A stretch of DNA of 59,317 nt from Candidatus Iainarchaeum sp. (GCA_043816965.1 JBDRHK010000042.1:1-59317), one strand, 5' to 3'. Positions 36,918 through 45,554 are shown, numbered from the stretch's first letter. Numbers and translations: made by a program. Notes: generated from the sequence alone by a model not told the origin.

Positions 36918-38198
36918 ATGACGAAAAAGCATAAGCCACATTCAGGAAGCAAGGCATACTACCCCAGAAAGAGGGCCGCAAAGGAAACACCTAGTTTTAG
37001 CACATTCCCTAATGTTAAGGATAAAGATGCCAGGCCCATGAATTTTCTAGGATATAAGGCGGGAATGGTCCATCTTCTTGCCAAGGATTTGCATGAGAAA
37101 TCCACAAGTTACAATCAGGAGATTATTGTTCCATCCACGGCAATTGAATGCCCCCCAATGAAAGTTTTCGGAATCAGGGCATATGCGAAAACCCCCTATG
37201 GCCTTAAAACAATCGGTGATGTTATTGCCGATAAAACCGATAAAAGCCTGATGAGAAAAATTAATTCCTTTAAGAAGAAATCCAAAAAGAAGGGGAAGAA
37301 AGAGGGAAAGGATTCAAAACAGGGGGAAAAAGAAGAAAAGATTGCTGAGAATGCCGTTAAGAAATTTTCTATTTCTGATTTGGAAAATAAAAAGGAATCC
37401 ATTTATGAGTTAAAGCTGCTTGTCCACACACAGCCAGGGCTTACAGGAATTGGGAAGAAAAGGCCTGATTTGATTGAACTTGCCCTTAGCGGCAGTTTTG
37501 ATTCGCAACTGGAGTTTGCAAAACAGAAACTGGGAAATGAGATAAGGGTTTCCGAGATTTTTGAGAGGGCTAATTTTGTTGATGTAAGGGCCGTTGATAA
37601 GGGAAAAGGTTTTCAGGGAGTTATAAAAAGGTTTGGCGTAAAGATGCAGAGGCCAAAGGCAAAAAAGAGAAGGATTGTTGGAAGCATTGGCCCATGGAAC
37701 CCCTCAACTGTAATGTGGCAAGTTGCAAGGGCAGGGCAAATGGGTTATCAGTCAAGGACCGAGTACAACAAAAGGGTTGTTGAAATCGGGGAGGATGCTT
37801 CTAATGTTAACCCTTCCGGAGGATTTAAGAATTATGGCGAAATAAAGAATGAGTTTATTCTGCTTGCAGGTTCTGTTCCAGGGCCGGTTAAAAGGGCAAT
37901 TGCACTGAGGATTCCCATAAGGCCTGAGCCACACGAAAGGTTCCATTTGGGGGAAATCAGCTATTATTCCTCTTCTCAGAAAGGAAAGAAGAAAGAAGTT
38001 AAGGGAGAGGTTAAAGGGGAAAAAGCCCATGAAAAAAAGGAAGATAAAAAACATGAGGCTAAAAAGGGCGATAAGAAAGAAGTGAAGAAGGAAGCGCCTA
38101 AAACGGAAGCAAAGGAAGAAGTGAAAAAGGAAGGCAAGAAAGAAAAGGCGGAGAAAGTCGAAAAGGGCGATAAGAAGGCGGAGAAGAAAAAGAAGTGA
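36918..38198 (+). CDS. rpl3: ribosomal protein uL3 with Lys-rich internal insertion and about 70-aa K/E-rich C-terminal tail
   Basis: 'HKPHSGSKAYYPRKRA', 'FLGYKAGM', 'GKGFQGVIKRFG', 'GPWNPS'. The tail is KGKKKEVKGEVKGEK...KKAEKKKK. Confidence 0.93.
   Translation: MTKKHKPHSGSKAYYPRKRAAKETPSFSTFPNVKDKDARPMNFLGYKAGMVHLLAKDLHEKSTSYNQEIIVPSTAIECPPMKVFGIRAYAKTPYGLKTIGDVIADKTDKSLMRKINSFKKKSKKKGKKEGKDSKQGEKEEKIAENAVKKFSISDLENKKESIYELKLLVHTQPGLTGIGKKRPDLIELALSGSFDSQLEFAKQKLGNEIRVSEIFERANFVDVRAVDKGKGFQGVIKRFGVKMQRPKAKKRRIVGSIGPWNPSTVMWQVARAGQMGYQSRTEYNKRVVEIGEDASNVNPSGGFKNYGEIKNEFILLAGSVPGPVKRAIALRIPIRPEPHERFHLGEISYYSSSQKGKKKEVKGEVKGEKAHEKKEDKKHEAKKGDKKEVKKEAPKTEAKEEVKKEGKKEKAEKVEKGDKKAEKKKK
38097..38157 (+). 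repeat. 61-nt segment near-identical (2 mismatches) to 41888..41948 in rps3
   Basis: cctaaaacGgaagcaaaggaagaagtgaaaaaggaaggcaagaaagaaaaggCggagaaag compared with the rps3 copy. There is a 43-nt exact core. Confidence 0.9.
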
Positions 38199-38203
38199 TT
38201 TTT

Positions 38204-38998
38204 ATGAAGGCAAATATTCTTTCCATTGAGGGCAAAAAGATGAGGGAGATTCAGCTTCCGGATGTTTTTGACACTGTGGTTGATGCCAAACTCATAAAGA
38301 GGGCGGTGCTTTCAATCCAGAGCGCAAGGCTGCAAGCCACAGGGCATAAACCCAGGGCAGGAAGGCAGAATACTGCGGTTTATATTGGTTACAGGGGAAA
38401 GCCCCAGATGCACAGGACAATTAATGTAGGCCGGGCTAGATTGCCTAGGTTGAGGAACAGGAGATTCCTGCTTTCAGGGAGAGTTGCATCAGTAACTCAG
38501 GCAGTTGGCGGAACAAATCCCCATGCCCCCAAAAGTGAGAAGGACCCGAAAGAGAGGATTAACAAAAAGGAAAAAAAGAAGGCAGTTTTATCCGCAATTG
38601 CGGCATCGACAAAAATTGAACTTGTGAAGGAGAGGGGCCACAGAATAAAGGATGATGCAAAGTTGCCATTTATTTTTGAGAAAAAAATTGAAGAGCTTGA
38701 GAAAACCAAGGATGTAAGGGATCTTCTTGTAAATGTTGATTTGCTGGAAGATATTGAGAGGGCAAAAGATAAGAAAAAGATTAGGTCAGGGAAGGGAAAG
38801 AAAAGGGGAAGGAAATACAAAAGGGCAAAAAGTATCCTTATAGTTGTTGGCGATTCCTCAAAGATTTACAAGGCCGCGAGAAATCTTGAGGGTGTTGATG
38901 TGGTCAATGTAAAGAACCTGAACGCCGAACTGCTCGCACCAGGGGCAAAGCCAGGAAGGCTTACCATCTGGAGTGAGACGGCAATAGAGGCATTGTGA
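38204..38998 (+). CDS. rpl4: ribosomal protein uL4
   Basis: ATG at 38204 (MKANILS); the ORF-track start at 38195 is GTG. Has an archaeal L4 pattern and synteny. Confidence 0.92.
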   Translation: MKANILSIEGKKMREIQLPDVFDTVVDAKLIKRAVLSIQSARLQATGHKPRAGRQNTAVYIGYRGKPQMHRTINVGRARLPRLRNRRFLLSGRVASVTQAVGGTNPHAPKSEKDPKERINKKEKKKAVLSAIAASTKIELVKERGHRIKDDAKLPFIFEKKIEELEKTKDVRDLLVNVDLLEDIERAKDKKKIRSGKGKKRGRKYKRAKSILIVVGDSSKIYKAARNLEGVDVVNVKNLNAELLAPGAKPGRLTIWSETAIEAL

Positions 38999-38999
38999 G

Positions 39000-39479
39000 A
39001 TGGTTATTATGGCTGATAAGAAAGTGGAAAAAGGAAATAAGGCCAGGAAGGCGGAGAAGGGCGGCGCCAAAAAGATTAAGAAACCTGAAGTTAAAAAGGA
39101 AAAAAGAAGGGATGCCGTAAAGAAGAAGATTGGGGAAGTAAAGAAGGTTGAGAAGAAAGGGCAGCAAGCGAGTGAAGTGAAGGTTGAAAAGCCTGCAGCT
39201 GTTAGCAAGGAGCAGCAGTTGAAGGGCTTGGAGATTATAAAGTACCCGCTTATTACAGAGAAGGCAGTGAATATGATTGAGACCGAAAATAAGATGGTTT
39301 TTATTGTTGCGAAATCCGCCAACAAACAGATGGTTAAGGAAGCTGTTGAGTCCCTTTACGGCATAAAGGTGGATAGCGTGAATATTATGAAGGATACTAA
39401 ATCCCGGAAAAAGGCATTGGTCAAGATTAACACTAAGTTCAAGGCCGAGGATTTGGCGACTAAACTGGGGGTACTCTAA
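39000..39479 (+). CDS. rpl23: ribosomal protein uL23 with about 70-aa K-rich N-terminal extension
   Basis: C-terminal 85 aa 'IIKYPLITEKAVNMIE..NKMVFIV...ANK..VKEAVE.LY..KV..VN' is canonical L23. Confidence 0.92.
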   Translation: MVIMADKKVEKGNKARKAEKGGAKKIKKPEVKKEKRRDAVKKKIGEVKKVEKKGQQASEVKVEKPAAVSKEQQLKGLEIIKYPLITEKAVNMIETENKMVFIVAKSANKQMVKEAVESLYGIKVDSVNIMKDTKSRKKALVKINTKFKAEDLATKLGVL

Positions 39480-40204
39480 TGCCTAAAAGAACAATTGCGC
39501 AGAAGAGAGGAAGGGGAATGGGAAGATATACCGCAACCAAACATGCGGTGGCCAATTCCCAATATATTAATTATGATGACAAGCAAAGGAACAGCGTACT
39601 CAGGGGGGAAGTGATTGATCTCGTTAATGACGCGGGAAGGACAGCTGTTTTGGCAAATATTACCTTTGAGACCGGGGAAAGCAGCTGGGTTGTTGCAACA
39701 GAAAGCATGTATATCGGGCAGCAGCTGCAGTATGGAAAAGATTCTGAACTCAGTATCGGAAATGTCATCCCCTTAAAATATATTGTTGAGGGATGCCCGA
39801 TCTGCAATATTGAGAAAAATTCCGGTGATGGGGGAACCTTCATAAGGGCAAGCGGAATGTATGGTCTTATAGTTACAAAAGATGCTAATCTTGTTTATGT
39901 CAAACTCCCTTCCGGAAAAACAGTTTCATTAAGGGGGGACTGCAGGGCGATGGTAGGCTGCATTGCAACAGGCGGAAGGGGAGAAAAGCCCTTTGTAAAG
40001 GCAGGCAATAAATATTACGCAATGAAGGCAAGAAAGCATAGATGGCCAAAAAGCAGGGGCGTAAAGATGAACGCAGTGGACCATCCGTTTGGTGGGGCCG
40101 CACACAAGCCTGGAAAGTCTAAATCAACTGCAAGAAGGGCAGCTCCGGGAAGAAAAGTGGGTTCAATAGCCTCGAAAAGAACAGGGAGAAGGAAGAAAAA
40201 CTAA
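39479..40204 (+). CDS. rpl2: ribosomal protein uL2
   Basis: 'GRG...Y...', 'CRAMVG', 'VKMNAVDHPFGGA.HK'. Confidence 0.96.
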   Translation: MPKRTIAQKRGRGMGRYTATKHAVANSQYINYDDKQRNSVLRGEVIDLVNDAGRTAVLANITFETGESSWVVATESMYIGQQLQYGKDSELSIGNVIPLKYIVEGCPICNIEKNSGDGGTFIRASGMYGLIVTKDANLVYVKLPSGKTVSLRGDCRAMVGCIATGGRGEKPFVKAGNKYYAMKARKHRWPKSRGVKMNAVDHPFGGAAHKPGKSKSTARRAAPGRKVGSIASKRTGRRKKN

Positions 40205-40213
40205 GGTGATTAA

Positions 40214-40621
40214 ATGGCAAAAGCGGAATTTACTTTCAAGGGAAAAACAATGTCTGAATTAAACTCAATGGAATTGGCGGATTTTGCCAATCTCCTGGAT
40301 ACGCGGCACAAAAGAAGTTTGTTGAGGGGAATTGACAAGCCATTTATGAAGAGGATTGAAAAGGCAATAAAAAACAAGGAAGTTGTTGGGCACCAGAAAA
40401 AGCCGGTGAAAACCCATGGAAGGGATGCTATAATAGTGCCAAAAATGGTTGGCCTGCTCCTTGGCGTTTACAATGGAAAGGAATTTGTGATTGTTCAGGT
40501 TAGCGAGAAAATGCTCGGGCATTATCTCGGGGAAATGGCACTTACTAGAAAGAGGCTGGTGCATGGAAAGGCAGGAATTGGTGCGACAAGGTCAAGTACG
40601 GCAATAACGGCAAGAGGATGA
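40214..40621 (+). CDS. rps19: ribosomal protein uS19
   Basis: 'VKTHGRDAIIVPKMVGLLLGVYNGKEF..V.V...M.GHYLGE'. Confidence 0.95.
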   Translation: MAKAEFTFKGKTMSELNSMELADFANLLDTRHKRSLLRGIDKPFMKRIEKAIKNKEVVGHQKKPVKTHGRDAIIVPKMVGLLLGVYNGKEFVIVQVSEKMLGHYLGEMALTRKRLVHGKAGIGATRSSTAITARG

Positions 40622-40625
40622 TGAA

Positions 40626-41096
40626 ATGGTTAAGAAGAGCTATCAAGCAGGGGTTCGGGATGAAAAGAATGTTGCAAAAGCCATTCTTAAGAATCAGCGC
40701 GCATCACTGAAATTTAGCTCAGAAATTGCAAGGGAGATAAAGGGAAAGAGGCTTGACAAGTCGGTGAAGTTTATGGAAGATATTGTAGCAAAGAAAAGGC
40801 ATCTGCCAATCAGGGTTTTTAAGAAAGGGGTGCCGCACAGGAAGGGGGATGCAAAGAGCTACACCCCCGCAGGGAGATATCCTGTTGGTGCAGCAAATGT
40901 TTTCCTCAAACTCCTGGAGACTGTGAAAGCAAACGCAGATTACAAAGGCCTGGATGCCGAGAATTTGATTATAACCCATATTCTCGCCTCACAGGGATTC
41001 CAGAGGATTTCCTTCCAGTCACAGGGGAAGATTTCCGGGAAAAGGAGAAAAAGGAAATCAGTACATCTTGAAATAATTGTAAGGGAGGCAAAATAA
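40626..41096 (+). CDS. rpl22: ribosomal protein uL22
   Basis: Archaeal L22 pattern ('SLKFSSEIAREIKGK', 'GRYP') and synteny. Confidence 0.93.
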   Translation: MVKKSYQAGVRDEKNVAKAILKNQRASLKFSSEIAREIKGKRLDKSVKFMEDIVAKKRHLPIRVFKKGVPHRKGDAKSYTPAGRYPVGAANVFLKLLETVKANADYKGLDAENLIITHILASQGFQRISFQSQGKISGKRRKRKSVHLEIIVREAK

Positions 41097-42061
41097 TGAT
41101 TGAAAGAACCTTCATCCATCAGGGAATCAAGAGGATTGAGCTGGAAGAATATCTGAGAGGGGAGCTGGAGAAGGCAGGGTTCACAAAATCATCTGTTGTG
41201 AAGACCCCGATGGTTACAAGAATTGTGGTTAATGTTACAAGGCCTGGCTTGGCAATTGGCAAGAGCGGCCAGAACATAAGGCATCTTACTGAAACTATTG
41301 AAAAAAGGTTTGGCATTGACAATCCGCAACTGGAAATTAAGGAAATAACTTCCCCTGAGCTTGATGCGGCAGCTGTCGCAAATAAGATGAAGGCACTTAT
41401 TGAAAGGGGCTTCTCATGGAGAAGTGTTACCTACAGGACTTTGAGAGATGTTGTGAATGCAAATGCCCAGGGAGTTGAAATATTGCTTTCCGGAAAACTC
41501 GCGGGAAAGGGCGGCAGGAAAAGAAAGCAAAGGGTCTCACAGGGATATATGAAAAAGGTGGGGGACCAGGTAAAGCTTGTTGATTTCGCCAAGAAGACGG
41601 CCTATCCAAAAGCAGGCGCAATTGGAATTAAGGTTAGAATTGTTAGGCCAGGGACAGTGTTCCCGGATAAGGTTGATATTGCAGATTACTTCAAGAAGGA
41701 CAAGGCTGAAGAAAAGACTGAAGTAGCCGAAGTGAAGAAGGAAGTTAGCAAAGAAGTTAAAGGGAAAAAGGCTCCTGCAAAGATTGAAGAAAAGGCAGGG
41801 GTAAAAAAAGAAGATGTGAGAAAGGAAAAGGCTCCTGAGAAGAAAGGTGAGAAAGTAGAGAAGAAAGCCGCTGAAAAGAAGACTGAGCCTAAAACAGAAG
41901 CAAAGGAAGAAGTGAAAAAGGAAGGCAAGAAAGAAAAGGTGGAGAAAGGGGAAAAGAAAAAATCTGGAGAAACAGAATCCGGAAAAGAAAGCAAAAAAAC
42001 CGAGAAGAAGAACGATGTAAAGAAGGACGAGAAGAAGGGCAGCGAAAAGAAGGTTAAATGA
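41096..42061 (+). CDS. rps3: ribosomal protein uS3 with about 120-aa K/E-rich C-terminal tail
   Basis: KH domain 'PGLAIGKSGQNIRHLTE' and 'GKLAGKGGRKRK'. The tail runs from 'KKDKAEEKTE' to the end. Confidence 0.95.
   Translation: MIERTFIHQGIKRIELEEYLRGELEKAGFTKSSVVKTPMVTRIVVNVTRPGLAIGKSGQNIRHLTETIEKRFGIDNPQLEIKEITSPELDAAAVANKMKALIERGFSWRSVTYRTLRDVVNANAQGVEILLSGKLAGKGGRKRKQRVSQGYMKKVGDQVKLVDFAKKTAYPKAGAIGIKVRIVRPGTVFPDKVDIADYFKKDKAEEKTEVAEVKKEVSKEVKGKKAPAKIEEKAGVKKEDVRKEKAPEKKGEKVEKKAAEKKTEPKTEAKEEVKKEGKKEKVEKGEKKKSGETESGKESKKTEKKNDVKKDEKKGSEKKVK
41888..41948 (+). repeat. second copy of the 61-nt K/E-tail segment shared with rpl3
   Basis: Both copies encode PKTEAKEEVKKEGKKEK(A/V)EK. Confidence 0.9.
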
Positions 42062-42071
42062 GGTCTTGATT

Positions 42072-42338
42072 ATGTCATCTAAGAAAGTGGTTTCGGAACT
42101 GAGGGAAAGCGGTGTTGAAGAGCTTGAGGACATGCTTTTAGGGCTGAAGACCAGCCTTGCAAAGGAAAAGGCATTGGTAGCTTCAGGAACAAGGCCTGAA
42201 AAGCCGGCAACCATAAGGGGCCTAAGAAGGAAGATTGCGAGAATTATTACAATTGCCGGCGAAAAGAAAAAAGGCGCGGTAGATGGGAAGAAAGCCGCAA
42301 AAGTTAAGCCTGCAAAAACCAAAGGAGAGGAAAAATAG
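42072..42338 (+). CDS. rpl29: ribosomal protein uL29 (K-rich C-terminal tail)
   Basis: ATG at 42072 (MSSKK). 'LRESGVEELEDMLLGLKTSL' fits the L29 pattern. Confidence 0.88.
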   Translation: MSSKKVVSELRESGVEELEDMLLGLKTSLAKEKALVASGTRPEKPATIRGLRRKIARIITIAGEKKKGAVDGKKAAKVKPAKTKGEEK

Positions 42339-42340
42339 AA

Positions 42341-42643
42341 ATGGAAGGAATATGTGAAACCTGCGGCCTTCCTAAAAACCTCTGTGTTTGCGGGGAAATT
42401 GCAAAGGAAACTGAGAAAATTAAGATTAGGACAATAAGAAGGAGATTTCGAAAAGTGGTGACTATTGTGAGTGGTTTTGAGGATGGTTCTGAAGCCAAAG
42501 AATTGGGGAAAACCCTGAAAAGGAAACTAGCCTGCGGTGGAACCACCAAGAACAAGGAGATTGAGTTGCAGGGAGACCACACAAAAAAGGTTAAGGAACT
42601 CCTTCTCAAGGAAGGTTATAAGGAGGAATTGATAGATGCTTAA
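42341..42643 (+). CDS. translation initiation factor aIF1/SUI1
   Basis: N-terminal Zn-ribbon-like 'CETCGLPKNLCVCG' and the SUI1 core 'VTIVSGFE......LGK.LK.KLACGGT.K...IELQGDH'. Confidence 0.9.
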   Translation: MEGICETCGLPKNLCVCGEIAKETEKIKIRTIRRRFRKVVTIVSGFEDGSEAKELGKTLKRKLACGGTTKNKEIELQGDHTKKVKELLLKEGYKEELIDA

Positions 42644-42947
42644 GACTTCCCACTATCTGATAAGTGCCGATAACATTATGGGGCATGAAATTATAGGCCT
42701 CAGTGCTGTGGTCAGGGATGGCAGTGACAAATCAAGAAATGGGATAAGGGGAAGAATTGTCAATGAGACCATGAACACGTTTATTATTGAAACCAAAAAT
42801 GCGGAAAAGAGTCTGCCAAAGAAAGAGGTTTCATTGGAGATTGATTTGGGAAATGAGAAAGTCGAGATTGACGGGAAATTGCTTGTGGCAAGGCCTGAGG
42901 AGAGAACGAAATTATTCTGGAGGAAATACCATGGTAGAATGCAATGA
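42636..42947 (+). CDS. rnp1: RNase P protein component 1 (Rpp29/Pop4)
   Basis: 'GHEIIGL...V..S.......G..G.IVNET.NTF.IE' and the conserved L29-SUI1-Rnp1-S17 synteny. Confidence 0.85.
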   Translation: MLKTSHYLISADNIMGHEIIGLSAVVRDGSDKSRNGIRGRIVNETMNTFIIETKNAEKSLPKKEVSLEIDLGNEKVEIDGKLLVARPEERTKLFWRKYHGRMQ

Positions 42948-43227
42948 TGCCAAGTGTGCAATCCACGGAAATCTGAAAGTCCGGGGAAACATCTTTACCG
43001 GCAGGGTAAAGAGCGCAAAGGCCGAGAAGACAGTTGTGGTGGAGAGGAAACTCACGCATTACCTCCCAAAATACGAAAGATACCAAAAGGGAAGATCAAG
43101 AATTTACGCTTACAACCCCAAATGCATTGACGCTAAAGAAGGGGAAATTGTAAAAGTCGGAGAGACAAGAAAGCTGAGCAAAACCAAGAGCTTTGTTGTG
43201 CTTGAAAAAAGCGGTGAAAAGGAATAA
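42931..43227 (+). CDS. rps17: ribosomal protein uS17
   Basis: Starts MVECNDAKCAIHGNLKVRG..FTGRV.S. The ORF-track start at 42787 lies inside rnp1 in another frame's gene. Confidence 0.92.
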   Translation: MVECNDAKCAIHGNLKVRGNIFTGRVKSAKAEKTVVVERKLTHYLPKYERYQKGRSRIYAYNPKCIDAKEGEIVKVGETRKLSKTKSFVVLEKSGEKE

Positions 43228-43239
43228 GGGTGAATTCGA

Positions 43240-43638
43240 GTGAAAGCGATATCCAGCAATGTGGTCAAGAGTTTAAGCCAGAAAAGCCAGTGTACCTGCA
43301 CAGACAACTCAGGCGCAAAGATAGTGGAAATTATCAGTGTTTTTGGCCACAAGGGAAAGAAAAGGCAGCACCCCTGTGCAGGAATCGCAGATTTGGTGAA
43401 CATAGTTGTCAAGAAGGGGAAACCAGATATTAAGAGCAAGGTTGAAAGGGCAGTTATTGTGAGGGTGAAGAAAGAATACAGGAGAATTGACGGAACAAGG
43501 GTTAAGTTTGATGACAATGCAGTTGTCCTTGTTGATGAGAAAGGGCAGCCAAAAGGCTCAGAAGTAAAGGGCGTTGTTGCAAAAGAAGTGGGGGAAAGGT
43601 GGCCAAAAATTGCGGGCCTGGCCTCGTCAGTTGTTTAG
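43240..43638 (+). CDS. rpl14: ribosomal protein uL14
   Basis: GTG start. 'L.C.DNSGAK...I' and 'F.DNA.VLV...G.PKG' patterns. Confidence 0.95.
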   Translation: MKAISSNVVKSLSQKSQCTCTDNSGAKIVEIISVFGHKGKKRQHPCAGIADLVNIVVKKGKPDIKSKVERAVIVRVKKEYRRIDGTRVKFDDNAVVLVDEKGQPKGSEVKGVVAKEVGERWPKIAGLASSVV

Positions 43639-43646
43639 GTGAGAAA

Positions 43647-44126
43647 ATGGTGAAAAGCAAGAAACCAAAAAAGCAGAGAAAGGCCCATTACAATGCCAAG
43701 CTCCATGTGAAACGAAAACAATTTTCGGCACATCTGAGTACGGAGTTGAGAAAGGCATTGGGAAAAAGGTCTTTACCTGTAAGAACAGGAGATAAGGTTA
43801 AGGTTATGAGAGGAAAGAACAAAAAATTCTCCGGAAAAATCTTAAGGCTGAACAGGGCTAAGAACCAGGTTTTTATAGAGAAACTCAACAGAAAGAAATC
43901 CGATGGGACTGAAATTCTGATTCCGATAAGGCCCTCAAATTTGATGCTTGTTGAACTGGACAGAAGCGATGAAAAGAGAATGAAAGTAAAAATCCCTGAG
44001 TTAAAGGCCAAGAAAGAAGAAACTAAGGCTGAAAAGGCAAAAGGGACTAGTGAAGAGAAACCGAAAAATGTTGAGAAAGATAAAAAACAGGCGAAGAAAA
44101 AGGAAGTGGTGAAAAGTGGCAAATAG
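43647..44126 (+). CDS. rpl24: ribosomal protein uL24 with K/E-rich C-terminal tail
   Basis: ATG at 43647 after taggtgagaaa. 'KQRKAHYNAKLH', KOW 'GDKVKVMRGKNKKFSGKI'. Confidence 0.92.
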   Translation: MVKSKKPKKQRKAHYNAKLHVKRKQFSAHLSTELRKALGKRSLPVRTGDKVKVMRGKNKKFSGKILRLNRAKNQVFIEKLNRKKSDGTEILIPIRPSNLMLVELDRSDEKRMKVKIPELKAKKEETKAEKAKGTSEEKPKNVEKDKKQAKKKEVVKSGK

Positions 44127-44832
44127 GGGCGAAACAAAGAGTCAGAAAAGCCTTTCCGTGGCAAACCTAAGGATAATTAGGAGAAAGGAAAATAAATGGA
44201 CTGTGAAGAGCATGACCGGTGCCCACACCAAGGAGTCGTCTGTGCCGATTTCATTTATCTTGAGGGATTTGCTGAAACTGGCGAAAACCATGAAAGAGGC
44301 CAAGGGAATGCTTAATGAAGGCCTTGTGAAGGTCAATGGAAAAGTCAGAAAAAGTTATAGGCACCCGGTTGGGCTGTTTGATGTTGTTGATTTGGAAAAG
44401 ATCGGCATGAGATTAAGGGTTGTGCTGGATTCCAAGGGAAGAATTGCAACGAAAGAGATTTCGGCAAAAGAAAAGATGGTCAAAATAAACAAGATTGCCG
44501 GAAAGATGGTTGTGAAAGGGGGCCTTATCCAGCTGGCCGCAAATGACGGGAGCACTTTCCTTGAGAAAAAAACAGACATTAATGTCGGGGACAGTGTATT
44601 GGTCGAACTTCCGGGGGGGAAAGTTGGCAAAAGGATTGAGATGAAGGAGGGAAACCTCGCATATATTATTGGCGGAAAGCATTCCGGAACAGTTGGAAAG
44701 ATAAAATCAATAATTGAGGGCGGAATGAATAAGGACATGCTGCTTACGCTGGAAGGGGATAGGGGAGATTTCCAAACAGTTGAAAAGAATGTTTTGATTG
44801 TTGGGGAGAAAAAAACAGAGATTGAAATTTAA
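44116..44832 (+). CDS. rps4e: ribosomal protein eS4
   Basis: GTG start. 'VKVNGKVRKSYRHPVGLFDVV' and KOW 'GKHSGTVGKI'. Confidence 0.9.
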   Translation: MANRGETKSQKSLSVANLRIIRRKENKWTVKSMTGAHTKESSVPISFILRDLLKLAKTMKEAKGMLNEGLVKVNGKVRKSYRHPVGLFDVVDLEKIGMRLRVVLDSKGRIATKEISAKEKMVKINKIAGKMVVKGGLIQLAANDGSTFLEKKTDINVGDSVLVELPGGKVGKRIEMKEGNLAYIIGGKHSGTVGKIKSIIEGGMNKDMLLTLEGDRGDFQTVEKNVLIVGEKKTEIEI

Positions 44833-44843
44833 CAGGGGATAAA

Positions 44844-45356
44844 ATGGCTGAAAACATAATGAAAGAAATCAGGATTGAGAAGGTCATCGTTAACATGGGT
44901 GTCGGCCAGACAGGCGAGGCCCTTGACAAAGGCAAGACCATACTAAACATTGTTACAGGCTCAAAGCCTATGCAGACAGTTGCAAAGGTGAAGATTCCGA
45001 CCTGGGGAATAAGGGAAGGATTGCCTATAGGCGCAAAGGTTACACTTAGGGGCATGAAGGCCTCGGAATTCCTGAAAAGGGCCCTTTCTGCGAAGGATAA
45101 TGTCCTTAGCGGCAAGAATTTTGACAGAAGCGGAAATTTTGGTTTTGGAATAAAGGAGTACATTGATTTGCCAGGAACAAAATATGACCCCAAATTGGGA
45201 ATCAGGGGGTTTGATGTGCTTGTCAGCCTTAAGAGGCCTGGCTACAGGATAAAAAGGAGAAAGATTGGCAAGAAGAAGGTGCCAATAAAGCATTCAGTAT
45301 CAAAAGAATCCGCAATTACATTTGTAAAGGAAAAATTCGGGGTTGAAATAGAATGA
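44844..45356 (+). CDS. rpl5: ribosomal protein uL5
   Basis: 'IEKVIVNMGVG', 'FGFGIKEYIDLPG.KYDP..GI.G.DV'. Confidence 0.95.
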   Translation: MAENIMKEIRIEKVIVNMGVGQTGEALDKGKTILNIVTGSKPMQTVAKVKIPTWGIREGLPIGAKVTLRGMKASEFLKRALSAKDNVLSGKNFDRSGNFGFGIKEYIDLPGTKYDPKLGIRGFDVLVSLKRPGYRIKRRKIGKKKVPIKHSVSKESAITFVKEKFGVEIE

Positions 45357-45517
45357 GTGAAGTAGACAAACATAAGAAAAAGGTCAGGAAAACCTACAAA
45401 AAGCAGTGCAAGAGATGCGGCTCCTACAAGGGAGTGATAAGCAAGTATTCAATAAAACTTTGCAGGAGATGCTTCAAGGAACTTGCCGCGCAGATAGGTT
45501 TTGAGAAATATGGATAG
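45353..45517 (+). CDS. rps14: ribosomal protein uS14 (Zn-ribbon type, 54 aa; below the ORF-track cutoff)
   Basis: Translates as MSEVDKHKKKVRKTYKKQCKRCGSYKGVISKYSIKLCRRCFKELAAQIGFEKYG*, with CxxC...CxxC. It occupies the L5/S8 gap as expected. Confidence 0.9.
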   Translation: MSEVDKHKKKVRKTYKKQCKRCGSYKGVISKYSIKLCRRCFKELAAQIGFEKYG

Positions 45518-45554
45518 GTGATTATGATGGATGAAAAAAGGAGGTGCAGAGTAT

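Noticed and set aside
37975-38195. Purine-rich repetitive DNA (gaagaaaag-type) in several places, considered as a possible CRISPR array, microsatellite or non-coding repeat
   Set aside because: All such tracts are in frame within r-protein genes and encode K/E tails. There is no repeat-spacer periodicity and no cas genes.
41537-42322. 261-aa minus-strand ORF, plus similar ones at 48062..48862, 49010..49684, 51846..52514, 15763..16383, 11691..12230, 38858..39325 and 43688..44164
   Set aside because: They are antisense to ribosomal or RNAP genes. The reverse complement of purine-rich K/E-coding DNA gives long stop-free F/L/S-rich frames. There is no independent support.
42787-42930. N-terminal extensions in the ORF track for uS17 (42787), uL24 (43599), uS11 (53577), uS5 (48021), uS8 (45531), RibC (7120) and the DUF4349 protein (767)
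   Set aside because: The extensions overlap the preceding gene in another frame, lack similarity to the family N-termini, and skip the proper SD+ATG found downstream. I re-anchored the starts instead.
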